Shown here: one piece after another, positions 11,382 through 22,128 of the stretch
Layout: the number at the start of each line of letters is the position of its first letter
Position numbering within the stretch: the stretch's first letter is position 1
Assembly: GCA_054661495.1 (NCBI GenBank)
Contig: BAAFSQ010000141.1
Coordinates: 1-24,894, forward strand
Length of the DNA: 24,894 bases
Reading direction: 5' to 3'
From: Zygophlyctis sp. KS116
Lineage: Eukaryota > Fungi > Chytridiomycota
Position numbers and translations under genes: made by a program
Notes under the pieces: generated by a model
Seen by the model: only the letters and a program-made list of their open reading frames with translations
Databases searched by the model: none
What the model was told of the DNA's origin: nothing

Positions 11382-12694
11382 ATGGCAAGGAAATCAAGAT
11401 CCAGGAAAGAGAAAACAGATGATATTCAGCAAATTCCAGGATATTATTATGTAAGTTATAATCGCTAAATCCTAGGATTCTGAAAAGAATAAATACTTCA
11501 AGATTGAATCCAATGCAAGTGCTTCTGCAAGTTCCCAAAGATCTATACAGAAAAAAGCGATTTTAAGAGAAAGAACTATTGTCGATCAGAAACTAGAGAT
11601 GAGATCCGATAAATCTTACTATGCTGCCCCATTGCCAAAACATTTTTCTAAGCTATTGCATGCCAGATCAGTTCATCAGTCGTCATTGGAATTTACGAGA
11701 TTAGCGTCAGAAATACTATTAAAGAATTACTCTCGTAGAGTGATTTATAATGTCGCTAGATCAATTATTCAGGCATCGACTTATCATTCAAGTAGTTGTC
11801 GATTGATGATGATTAAGACTTTAAATGGATATTCAAAGCTTGTTAGTATAAAGAAAAATGGATCTGATAGTTTTGTAGAGACTCATCATGATTCATTTTT
11901 AGATGGATGCGTTCCTTCATGGATGTCTGGGAATAAGGAAAGTTTGGTTATGACATTTCTGGGAAGTGATTCTCCAATTAAAGTTTGGGATTATAAAAGT
12001 GATTCAATGGACTCTGTATTTCCAGGTCAGATTAATCATGATATTTGGAGTTGCAGTATTGATCATCATGGGAATATTTGCTTAATTGGGAATGGGACAT
12101 TGTTTAGAATATCTAGATTATCTTCATATGTGAGTAGGTCGGCTCAAGTACGAATAAGAGATGAATTTGGTAAATCTGATGCACTTTGTATGGAAACGTT
12201 TTCAAAAGTATAATATATTAAAAAATAATTAATAGGATCTTCTTGCAACAGGACATAGAAATGGATATATTGGTCTTTTTGATTCCAGAGTTAAGAAAGA
12301 AGTTGGAATTCTTAAGGAAAAATCTGCTATTTCTTGTTTGAAACCATTCTCTTTTAATTCTGATCAATCTGATGACTATTTTTTATCTAGTAATATGGAT
12401 TCTGAAATTAATCTTTACGATACACGTTGCATGAAAGTTGTTCAGACATTTCAAGGACATGTAAATACACATCAGAGGTTAAAATGTGATATTTTTAATA
12501 ATTCTATCATCATCTCACCAGGGTCTGATAATTTCATCAGAGGTTGGAGTTTATTAACGGGGGCACTTCTCTGGCAGAAATTAATGAGTCCTGCAGTATA
12601 TGCAGCACCATGTCAATTATCATTAAACAAATCTTTAGAAAGTGATGGATTTTTTACTTGTCAATCTGATGAAGTTAGCTTATGGTCACTATAA
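11382..12694 (+). CDS. DCAF4/WDR21-like WD40 protein (CUL4-DDB1 substrate receptor)
   Basis: N-terminal IPGYYY|DSEKNKYFKI motif, GHRNGYIGLFDSR, INLYDTR, FQGHVN and GSDNFIRGWSL. Introns 11451-11475 and 12208-12235. Confidence 0.8.
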
Positions 12695-13388
12695 TCATTT
12701 TGAACTCCAACCAAGCCATTTAAAGAATCTTTCTCCCACATTTATGATTTTTTTGGCAGAAATAACCGGTCTATTATCTATAATTGCAAAAGATTGGTGT
12801 GCAAAAGGGGCATCTACAATTAGACATACATACTCAAAATCTTCTGATCCGATTTTCTTAAAGTTAAAAAGGATCTCAATACCTTAAATTTCTCTACGGT
12901 TACGTATCCTTTACCTCTGGTTCCAATCAAAACAAAAGACATCCACAGCCGTTCGCCATCCCGTTCTTTCTGAATACTGTGCCTAGAGTTAGCAAAACAT
13001 AAACTACCCCAGCGAATTTCTAACTCTAAAATCTGAAGAGTCTTGTGCATACATCTTTAATGGATGACCAAAGATCTCTTTGATAAGCTCATGATCATTG
13101 ATTTTCTTCTTTGCATCTTCGAAAATATCCCATGACAGCCTTGATTCATTTGTGCTTTTAAACACTTCATTCAATGCAACTCCAATCACACCGACTCCAC
13201 ACACAATGAATGCAAAATAGCTGGTTGATCTGATCAAATGAATCACAAAATATTAATTTATTGATCTTACATTTTTGACCTCTAGTCATCCATGCCCATG
13301 CCAATGAATCGGTATTTTTATATTCTTTAAATCTTGTCCAGTATGATTGGGTGGATAATCTCCTCCCCGGTTGGAAGGACCTGATCAT
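12695..13388 (-). CDS. TIM21: Mitochondrial inner membrane translocase subunit Tim21
   Basis: Arg/Ser-rich presequence-like N-terminus, one TM segment (YFAFIVCGVGVIGVAL), IFEDAKKKI...IFGHPLKMY, MSFVLIGTRGKGYV, and IIDNR. Introns 13246-13270 (apparent GT-TG), 12983-13007 and 12857-12882. Confidence 0.82.
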
Positions 13389-13472
13389 TATAAATTGAGG
13401 GGAAGGGGAATTGATCGAAAAATAATTCTTATTTTATTTAAACCAAAGGCACCAAAATACATATCCAAAAAT

Positions 13473-15149
13473 CTAATATTCCTTGTTAAAATGATGCAAA
13501 TTAAAGTCTGACTCTGGATCCTCAAGACCTAAAGATGACATAATAAGATGGTGGTGGGATGATTCGTCCGAGACAGAAATAGGTGATATAGGAGGTGTTA
13601 CACGACGGATACTATTGTATGACATTGATGAGGAAGTAGAAGGTGAATCATAGAATGAATTTCCTGAATAGCCGGATAGCTGCAATGGAGAAGTCTCGTC
13701 ACATCCTGGAGTGAGTTTGCGATCAAATAAATCAGAAGTCTGAGAAGTAGAAATAGTATGACTTCGAGGTGGGCGAGGTGGATTACCGCACCGATCCTTT
13801 CCAAAGTTGATTTTAAATCTTGAATAATCTCCATTTCCTACCAGTATTACGCCTTCTTGCTGAAGTTGTTGCCGCATAAGTTCGACAGCTTTTACAGCAG
13901 ACATAATATCTGTAAAATTGACAAATCCAATATTCTTTTCTGGAACCAAATTGACCAGCTCAATATCCCCAAATTCCTGAAAGTCTTGAGCAAGAATTTC
14001 TTCTGTAATACTGTCATCTAGAGACCCAATGTATACATTACGAGAGGCACCTAAATGCAATACTGCAGAAGCTACTGTATGAGGGAGTGGAGTTGGCTTG
14101 CCCCAGCCAAACTTTACACGTTTTCCTTTCAATGCCAAACCTTCCGTCATTCCTCTATTATAAAAAGAAAGAGCAGCAGAAGCTTCAATAAAGGTAATAA
14201 AAGCAATATTTTTATCACTCATATATTTAATGTTTTGGAGAATTCCACCTCGAATAGCCTAAAAAATTAAAAAATACGATCTTACATCACAAAGATCCTT
14301 TGTAGTCGCTTCTGGATGGATACCTCCCAAATAAACAGTGCGATTACCCGTCAAGGGCGTAGAAGAACTAGAAACAACACCACGATGATCCACAAGTGGC
14401 TCTGAATTATATAAAAGACTAGATTGAAAACCTTTGTTCAAACTTTTTGGAAGTGTTAAAAGACTAGTAGAAGTAGCAGGAGGAGCACATCGATCTCTAC
14501 CATAAGAAATTCTGGTTTGAGACCATCTAGAATCCATAGATAATGTAACCACAGCCTTTATAGCAGCTGTTATTGAAGTCAAGTGAATAGAAGCCATATC
14601 CTTTTCAGAAAAAATCATAATAGACTCTATTGCCCCAAATACTGAAAAGATACTTTCAATCCATTCATAAGTCATATTTAAGACATTTGCCAATAATACA
14701 TGTCTAGAAGCACCATTTTTGACTGCCTGCCATAAAGTTTCCGAAAGTAAAGAATTTTTACCCCATCCAACCTTTATATCTCTACCTCCAATTTCTAATG
14801 GTCTGTGTACAACCTGTTTTACAAAAAAATCAGCAATATCCCCATCCAAGAACGTAACAAACGCACAATTCTTATCATGAACCATTTTAATAGACTCTAT
14901 AACTCCAACAGAAATCAAATCACAAACCTCTTTTGCAGAAATGTCTGTTGGTAGATTACCTAGATAGACCGTTCTAAGTGAGCTAGAGTTATCAAACTCA
15001 TTAGGAGATTCATAAAGAGACGTCATTGTTGATCTCACATATTCAGACTGATGAAAGGTTGACGGCAATAATTTAGATCCTTCAGTTATAGGAGCTTTGG
15101 CGGTGAAGAAAGAGGAAGGCAATCCGGTATGATCTAAATTAGAATACAT
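13473..15149 (-). CDS. Four-RRM RNA-binding protein, Mrn1 / S. pombe Nrd1 family
   Basis: RTVYLGN, KNCAFVTF, IKVGWGK, GASRNVYIG and KINFGKDRCG motifs. Intron 14259-14285 joins DLCD|AIRGGILQ. Confidence 0.88.
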
Positions 15150-15278
15150 TTTTAGAACAATAGGAATCTGTTTGTTTACTTAAAAAAAGTGGCTTGTAGA
15201 ACAAAGGTCAAGGAATGCAATTATAAAATCTATTTTCAAATCAGTAAAATTTTAGACTGAAAGAGATTTCTTATCAGT

Positions 15279-15758
15279 TTATTTGTATTTAATACAAGAT
15301 GATAGTTTCCAAAACACAAAACCAGCACTAGATACAACATAAAAGGGTGAAACTGATCCAGCAGGAGAAAATGGCCAAGATAACCAAGGAGTAAAAACAC
15401 CAAGAATAGATTGATTTAGAGTAAAAACAGGATAATCCCAATATCTCCATAGTATAATCAAGAATGCAATTTTAGAAATTATCAATAGTCCCCAAGAAAT
15501 CGCATTTGAATAAAAAGAAGTACTATTATTTAAAGCTGAATATTCTTTTGCTAGACTTTCGGATTTTCTCTTCAATTTTGCCCATTTAGCAAATTCATCC
15601 TGCGCAGAAACTTTTGCAAGTTGTTTTTTCAAGTCCAACATTTCTTGTTTAGTTTTGTGTAAATCTCCCTTTACAAATAGACTTGTTAAAAGAAGAGTCA
15701 GTTGTGGATATACTAGTAAAGTAGATAAAATCCCAAACAGCGTCAAGTACAAGAACAT
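15279..15758 (-). CDS. GET1: GET complex subunit Get1 (WRB/CHD5-like)
   Basis: Signature SAQDEFAKWAKLKRK in a coiled coil between TM segments; WLSWPFSPAGSVS. Intronless. Confidence 0.9.
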   Translation of the reverse strand: MFLYLTLFGILSTLLVYPQLTLLLTSLFVKGDLHKTKQEMLDLKKQLAKVSAQDEFAKWAKLKRKSESLAKEYSALNNSTSFYSNAISWGLLIISKIAFLIILWRYWDYPVFTLNQSILGVFTPWLSWPFSPAGSVSPFYVVSSAGFVFWKLSSCIKYK

Positions 15759-15780
15759 TTTCAGCCATTCCTAGACACTT

Positions 15781-15875
15781 GATCAGTCGGTAGGTGCATT
15801 GGAAGGATCAGTCGGTAGGTGCATTGGAAGGATCGGTCGGTAGGTGCATTGGAAGGATCGGTCGGTAGGTGCATT
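15781..15875. repeat. 25-bp G-rich tandem repeat (3.8 copies) in the GET1/CCT8 divergent region
   Basis: gatc(a/g)gtcggtaggtgcattggaag starts at 15781, 15806, 15831 and 15856 (last copy 20 bp); one variable position, no spacers. Confidence 0.97.
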
Positions 15876-15935
15876 CCTACTACAAATCATAGGCTTCGGC
15901 ATTTGCTAATTTGATTTTAAAAAAAAAGTTACAAA

Positions 15936-17787
15936 ATGGCAATGAAAATTCCTAAAATCGGTCTGCCCCAGATGTTGAAGGATGGGTATACTCACGCCTC
16001 TGGTCTGGAAGAAGCAGTGTATAGAAATATTCATGCGACAAAGGAATTAACTGAAATTACGAGAACTTCTCTAGGTCCAAATGGACGTAACAAGATGGTT
16101 ATTAATCATTTGGAAAAACTGTTTGTAACTAATGACGCTGCTACTATCATGAAGGAATTGGATGTCGTTCATCCAGCGGCGAAAATGGTAAATTAATCAT
16201 GGTTTAATAATAGGTGGTTTTGGCTTCTCAGCAACAGGAACAGGAAGTAGGAGATGGAACAAACTTTGTCGTTGTATTCGCAGGAGAATTGTGTCAATTG
16301 GCAGAGTTTTTATTGAAAATGGGTTTACATATCTCTGAAGTTATGCAAGGTTTTAAAGTTGCTTCAACTAAAGCTATTGAACTTTACAATGGTAACTACT
16401 CATATTCTTTATTGATTAGAGGCAGTTATTGATACAATCTCTGTTGATTCACCTGAAATGTTACAGGTTGTAGAAGCTGCAATTGGTGCGAAACAGTATG
16501 GATATCATAATTTTCTTGCAAAACTTGTGATTCACGCTGCTCGGGAGGTTATGCCAAAGAAAACTTCTAGTTTTAATGTAGATTGTGTTAGAGTCGTAAA
16601 GATTTTGGGTGGATCTATTTTTGATACACAAGTAGTTAGAGGAATGGTGTTTGGAAGAGAAGCTGAAAGTATGTAATTTTAGTTATTTATTTAAAGGTGC
16701 GGTACAAAAGGCTTTGAAAGCTAAAGTAGCCATTTTTACTTGTGCTTTGGATATTGCTCTAACAGAAACAAAAGGAACTGTTTTATTACATTCTTCAAAG
16801 GAACTCATGGATTTTAGTGCTGGTGAAGAAAAACAGTTGGAATTGGTATGATTTTAAAGTTTTTTTTAATTTTTAGATTATTAAAGGAATTGCTGATGCT
16901 GGTGTAAAGGTCATTGTTACTGGATCTGGGATTGGAGAGTTAGCTCTTCACTTTTGCAACAGGTTCAATATAATGGTGGTTAAAATTCTTTCTAAATTTG
17001 AACTGCGTAGACTTTGTAGAGTCACTGGAGCGACTGCTCTTACAAGATTGGTATGTTTTCAAGATTTATAATAGGGACCTCCAATGGCGGAAGAAATGGG
17101 ATATTGTGAAGTTGTTGAAACTATTGAAATTGGATCTGACCGTTGCACTGTATTTAGACAAGGTAATGATTATTAAAAATGTTTATTTTTTAGAAGAAGA
17201 ATCTACTAAAACTGCCACAATTGTGGTTCGTGGATCTACAGCAAACTTTATGGATGACATTGAGCGTGCTATAGAAGATGGTGTTTTTGCAATCAAAGCT
17301 ATTGGTAAAGATGGTCGTATTCTAGCTGGTGCAGGCGCATGTGAAATTCAAGTAGCGCGAGAGCTCTATGCTTTTGGAGAAAAGACACCTGGATTAAATC
17401 AATATGCAATCAAAAAATATGCAGAGGCATTAGAAGTCATTCCTCGAACATTGGCTGCAAATGCTGGGCTAGATGTAAAAATTTATATTTTTAATATTCA
17501 TAGAGCACTGAAGTTGTGTCAAGATTATACGCTTCATATCCTTCTGAGTCTTATGCAGGTGTAGATATTGAAGTAAGAATTTTTTTATTAATTTAAAATA
17601 GTCTGAAACTAAAGGAGTTTTCAATTCTAAACAAGCTGGAATTTATGATATCTTGTCGACTAAAGAATCTGCCCTTCGATTGGCTACTCACGCTGCTCTA
17701 ACAATTTTATCAGTGGATCAAATCATTATGAGTAAACCAGCTGGCGGGCCAAAAGTTAAAGAAAATAAGGATTGGGATGAAGATTAA
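15936..17787 (+). CDS. CCT8: T-complex protein 1 subunit theta
   Basis: SGLEEAVYRNI, RTSLGPNGRNKMVINHLEKLFVTNDAATI, GDGTN, and C-terminal DQIIMSKPAGGPK..DWDED*. Eight introns: 16188-16213, 16392-16419, 16669-16696, 16846-16876, 17051-17074, 17163-17193, 17475-17503 and 17573-17601. Confidence 0.96.
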
Positions 17788-17845
17788 TCAAGAGTCTAGA
17801 TAGATTGAATAAAAATGTTCTCGACGACGGAATCTCCGTTTATGA

Positions 17846-18302
17846 ATGAGGCTTTTAAGGCTTATCCAACTTATGAAACAAACGATTCTATCGCCTACAA
17901 CTAGTAGTTTTCATCAGATCCACTGTGCAGATCCTTTCCAGATCGATATTAAAAGCTGCCTTGCAGTTAATAAACTGAGCAGCTCTGCTATTGGATATGA
18001 TAGCGAACGGAATGAATGCCGTGAAATTACAAAGGAAACTAGTCTATGTGATTCGCAAAGGGTTCTATTATTCAATGTAATATTTAATTCTCGATAATCT
18101 TAAGAATCCTGAAGAATGCACAAAATGTGTCCAACGATCAGATGGAATTTCCGAATCTCAAAAGCAGGCCATTACTTGTTTTGACAATCCATGCACAGAT
18201 CTTTGCATTAGTAATATATATAAAACTAATTGCTTTGTGCCTCCGTGTCCACAATACAGATGTGTTAAAAGTGATCAAATAAATGACTCTATTAAACTTT
18301 AA
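17846..18302 (+). CDS. Small cysteine-rich protein with a divergent Kunitz-like module and two CFxxPC motifs
   Basis: ORF 17846-18076 joined through a 28-nt GT-AG intron (18077-18104) to NPEECTKC...CFDNPCTDLC...CFVPPCPQYRC...KL*; 12 Cys in total. Start uncertain and no clear signal peptide. Confidence 0.65.
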
Positions 18303-19998
18303 TTATTCATCGGTTGGGTTTTTACTGAAAAAGATAATTTTGATTGGTTGCTTATGCAGTGATTGTAAATATTTTACAGCATCACCATATCCTTGTTGGA
18401 AATGTGAGGTACAAGTATCCCAGGTCCAGTTTAAGCCAAAATAATTTCGTAAAGAGAAAGAATCGTTTACAGGTGATACATTTGCTGAATTAAATTTTGA
18501 TGATACTGTGATTGTCAATTCATCCAGAACAGGTAAATCATCCGAGAAATTTCCAGAGAAGTACATTTTTTGTGAATCAGTAATCGGCGTTTCATACATT
18601 AAAGGTATGTAAAGAGATGCCATTAATGTTTCGATCAGTTCTTCCTTTGAGGAAAATTGTTGTTTCATGTGAGATTTCATATCTGGAAAGCTTGTGATTA
18701 ATATGCATAATTGATTTGGTAAAAGGTTGACTTCATCAGGAATGTAATTGTATAAAAAATCCTTCATTAATTTTGAGCGAATGGAAAATGATCCAATTAT
18801 TCTTTTGCTGGTAATTAAAGACATGTCATTGAGTGCTGTTTTTAATATATCCAGATCAAGATCTAGAGCCATAGCTGTAGCAATTAAAGCACCTGTTGCA
18901 GAACCAACATATGATGATGTATCTAAAATAGATTTGTTAATGTACTCTGTAAAGCATTTAGCTGCTCCTATTTCATATGATGGATTAAGTGACCTTCCAG
19001 AAAATGAGAAGGAAAATTTATTCTTTGCGCCTGGAGCGTAAGCAAATGTTTCCATATCTTGACAAGAAGCACCTTTAAAAGGAGAACTTTTTAGCAAGGT
19101 CTTTTTCGTATATTTTACTAGTCTTCCCATTATTGGAAGCTTTTCCGCAATATTTATAGAGGCATCTACTCCCATAAGGGCAATAGATGCTAAACTTCCA
19201 CTTAACTTACTAGATTCCTCTCTGAGCTCTTTAGAGGTGATTGATTCAGCCTTGTCATTCACAAGATTAATGATCTTGCTGCATTTCTTCATCAAGTTTG
19301 ACAGAAATGAAACTGACCTGGAGCATCTTACCGCAGATTGTTGTGATTCATCATCCTTTTGATTTTGAGTATTGTTAGATTGTGTTAAATCTGAAATTTG
19401 CCCGTCATTTTCAGATTGGAATAATTCATCTTTACTTATCATTGCAATCGTGCTTCCAACCGGCATATTTTGTCTAAACTTCCTAATGTCGTCTTTTAAA
19501 CACTGAAATAAACTAATGTCCTCTTTCATGTAAACAGGAATACCATCTGTGTCCATTCCAGATACTGGCTTAATATTAAACACATTTTTTGATCCAGTTT
19601 TGGGCACAGTTAATGAATGCTTTAGAGCACTAAATCCAGTCTTATTATAAAGCCACTGCCTTGCATTATCTCCATAAGCAGCTCCAGGAACTGAAGAAAG
19701 AAACATAACTAAGCTGCTAGGTGTGTATATCAAATAATAATTAGAATCTGATGGATAAATAATGACTTAACGTACCTGGCAAACCTCTAGGATTTAGTTT
19801 GCATGCTAAACAGTTTTCGACCGGACAGATGAGCTGATCGTTGACAGCTTTTTGATGTAAGAATGATCTCTCAATATCCCAATTAGACCGATCAAAATCA
19901 ATCCCATCCCAAGAGTAGTCCCAATCATCTTCTATTAAAGTCGATACTGAATGGAAAGAAGCTAACTTTGCCGGCATCTTTAGAGACTGATCTGACAT
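18303..19998 (-). CDS. Patatin-like (PNPLA2/3-type) domain protein with degenerate catalytic motifs
   Basis: FSFSG...YEIGAAKC, GSATGALIA, QFSSKEELIETLMASLYIP, YFSGNFSDDLP, TITVS and QQGYGDAVKYL are colinear with the ATGL/adiponutrin patatin domain. Intron 19748-19775. The start may be 20052, 19998 or 19977. Confidence 0.78.
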
Positions 19999-20074
19999 TA
20001 TTATAATTCCCGAATGACGTCTGCACACCATCAATGCACGGAAATATAGCATACGGAAATATTAATATTATTAA

Positions 20075-22098
20075 ATGCCAAAATCAAAGAAAGTGGCCCC
20101 GGACGATGGAGCCGGAGATGATCATTATGTAGCGGTGAAAGATAGATCAGTTGATCTTGGACCCGTTCGAAATCGAAAATGTCGAGACTTTATCTTCTTG
20201 GTATTATTTGCTCTTTTTTGGGTTGCAATGGCTATAGTTGCAGCAACTGCTGTAAAAAATGGAAATCTGGCACGATTATTGTAGGTTTTGATATTTTGAT
20301 CAATAAGTCAAACAAAGGATAGCTCAGGTGCCACCTGCGGAATTAATAATACTGCTACAAATTCTTCGTTACCTGATTATTCAACAAAACCATATTTGTA
20401 CTTTTTAGACCCCATCGGGATGTTGAATGCAGCAGGTTCTGTATGCGTCGCATCATGTCCGAATACTACCTCAATCGACACCTACACAAACGCCACCTGT
20501 TTATGGAGCGTTACACCAACTGTGTTAACTTATTTATCACTAGTTTCAGAAGGTAAATGTTCTGCGTACACTTACAAATCCAATCCTACTTATTCTATTT
20601 GTATCCCGGATCCTTCTACAATAACAACTGCCATGATAGCTTTGAGCCCTTCAAGTGGGAATTCTACAGTTGATTCTAACAATGTTTTATCCTCTGTAGT
20701 TGGATCTTCTACTCAAATCATGTCGGACTTGCAGCAGACATGGCCTGTTTTGGCTGTTTCTGCTGCGGTTGCTTTAGTTTTATCCTTCATTTGGCTTTTC
20801 GTTATCCAATGGTTTGGGACCATCTTTGTTTGGGTGTTACTTTTTGCTTTTAATGTTATATTTATCGCAGGCTCAGTATGGCTTTATTTCTACTGGCAAT
20901 CTGCGGTAGGTATCTCGCAAAATTCTACATTAAGCATCGACAATTATGAAGTTACAGCTGCTTTTGCAGCTTTTATTGCTGTTTCAATCATTTCTGGGAT
21001 ATTTTTACTGGTGACAATCGCAATGATCAAGAAAATAAGTCTCGCAATCCAAATATTAAAAGAAGCGACAAGTGCGGTCAAGGCTATGCCGTTAATTGGT
21101 ACTTTTTAGTAAATTAAACAATAGTATTTTTCCCTATTTGGATATGGCTTGGAATTGTATTGGTGACGGGATACTTCATAGTTATCATGATGATGTTGTT
21201 ATCCCCGACTTTACCTATATCAGTTGCTTTGATCAATCAAAGTTATGACAGCATATATGTCGCTTACGGACTTGATGGTTTCCATGTATTTGGTTACTTA
21301 TGGACCTTTTTCTTTTTGACTGGTGTTAATCAAGTTACGTTGGCTGGTGCATTTGCAACTTGGTACTGGGCTCTAGACAAGCGAGCACTGCCTAGATTCC
21401 CTGTATTAAAATCGTTTTGGAGGACCTGTCGATATCATTTAGGCTCGGTGGCTCTAGGTTCACTTCTTCTTGCATTTGTTGCATGGCTCCAAATATTTTT
21501 ACTGGTATTAAAGCGCTTAAAAGTAGCCAAAAACCCTATAATACAATGGCTTATTTGCTGCTGTATGTGCTTCTTAAAATGTGTTCAATTCATATTGAAG
21601 TTTATCAACAAAAATGCATACATTAGAATCTCAATCACCGGAGAGGCTTTCTGTAAGGCAGCAGCTAATGCTACAGCTCTACTTATCAAAAATTCACTCA
21701 GAGTCGTTGCTATAAATGTAGTGAGCAGTTTTATACTGTTAGTTTCAAAAGCAGGAATCGCTTCATTGGTTGGATTTATGGTCTATGTTTTCTTGCAAAA
21801 AAATCCACTCGGATATCAGTTACATTTCATTTTCTTAACAGTCGTTTTGTCTGGCTTTATAGCCCTCATAATTTCATCGGCGTTTTTGGGAGTATTCCAT
21901 CTCGCAATTGATACAATCTTCATGTGCTTTTTGGAGGATTGTGACGTAAATGATGGCAGTATTGAAAGACCATACTATATGAGTGATAATTTGAAGAGGA
22001 TTGTTCATAAATCTAACAAGGTAACTCATAATTCGACTTATTTATAGGAGAATCAAGAGCCTGGAAAAATTAAGTCCTCCGCCATAGAAGAATTTTGA
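20075..22098 (+). CDS. Choline transporter-like protein (CTL/SLC44 family)
   Basis: RKCRDFIFLVLF, DSSGATCG, VCVASCP, AGAFATWYW, RYHLGSVALGSL, KFINKNAYI, AIDTIFMCFLED and RPYYMS. Introns 20281-20307, 21099-21124 and 22021-22047. Confidence 0.93.
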
Positions 22099-22128
22099 TT
22101 TCTCTCCAAATAAAGGATTTATTATCTA

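Noticed and set aside
15781-15875. CRISPR-like array of 25-bp repeats
   Set aside because: Repeats are head-to-tail with no spacers, there are no cas genes, and the context is eukaryotic.
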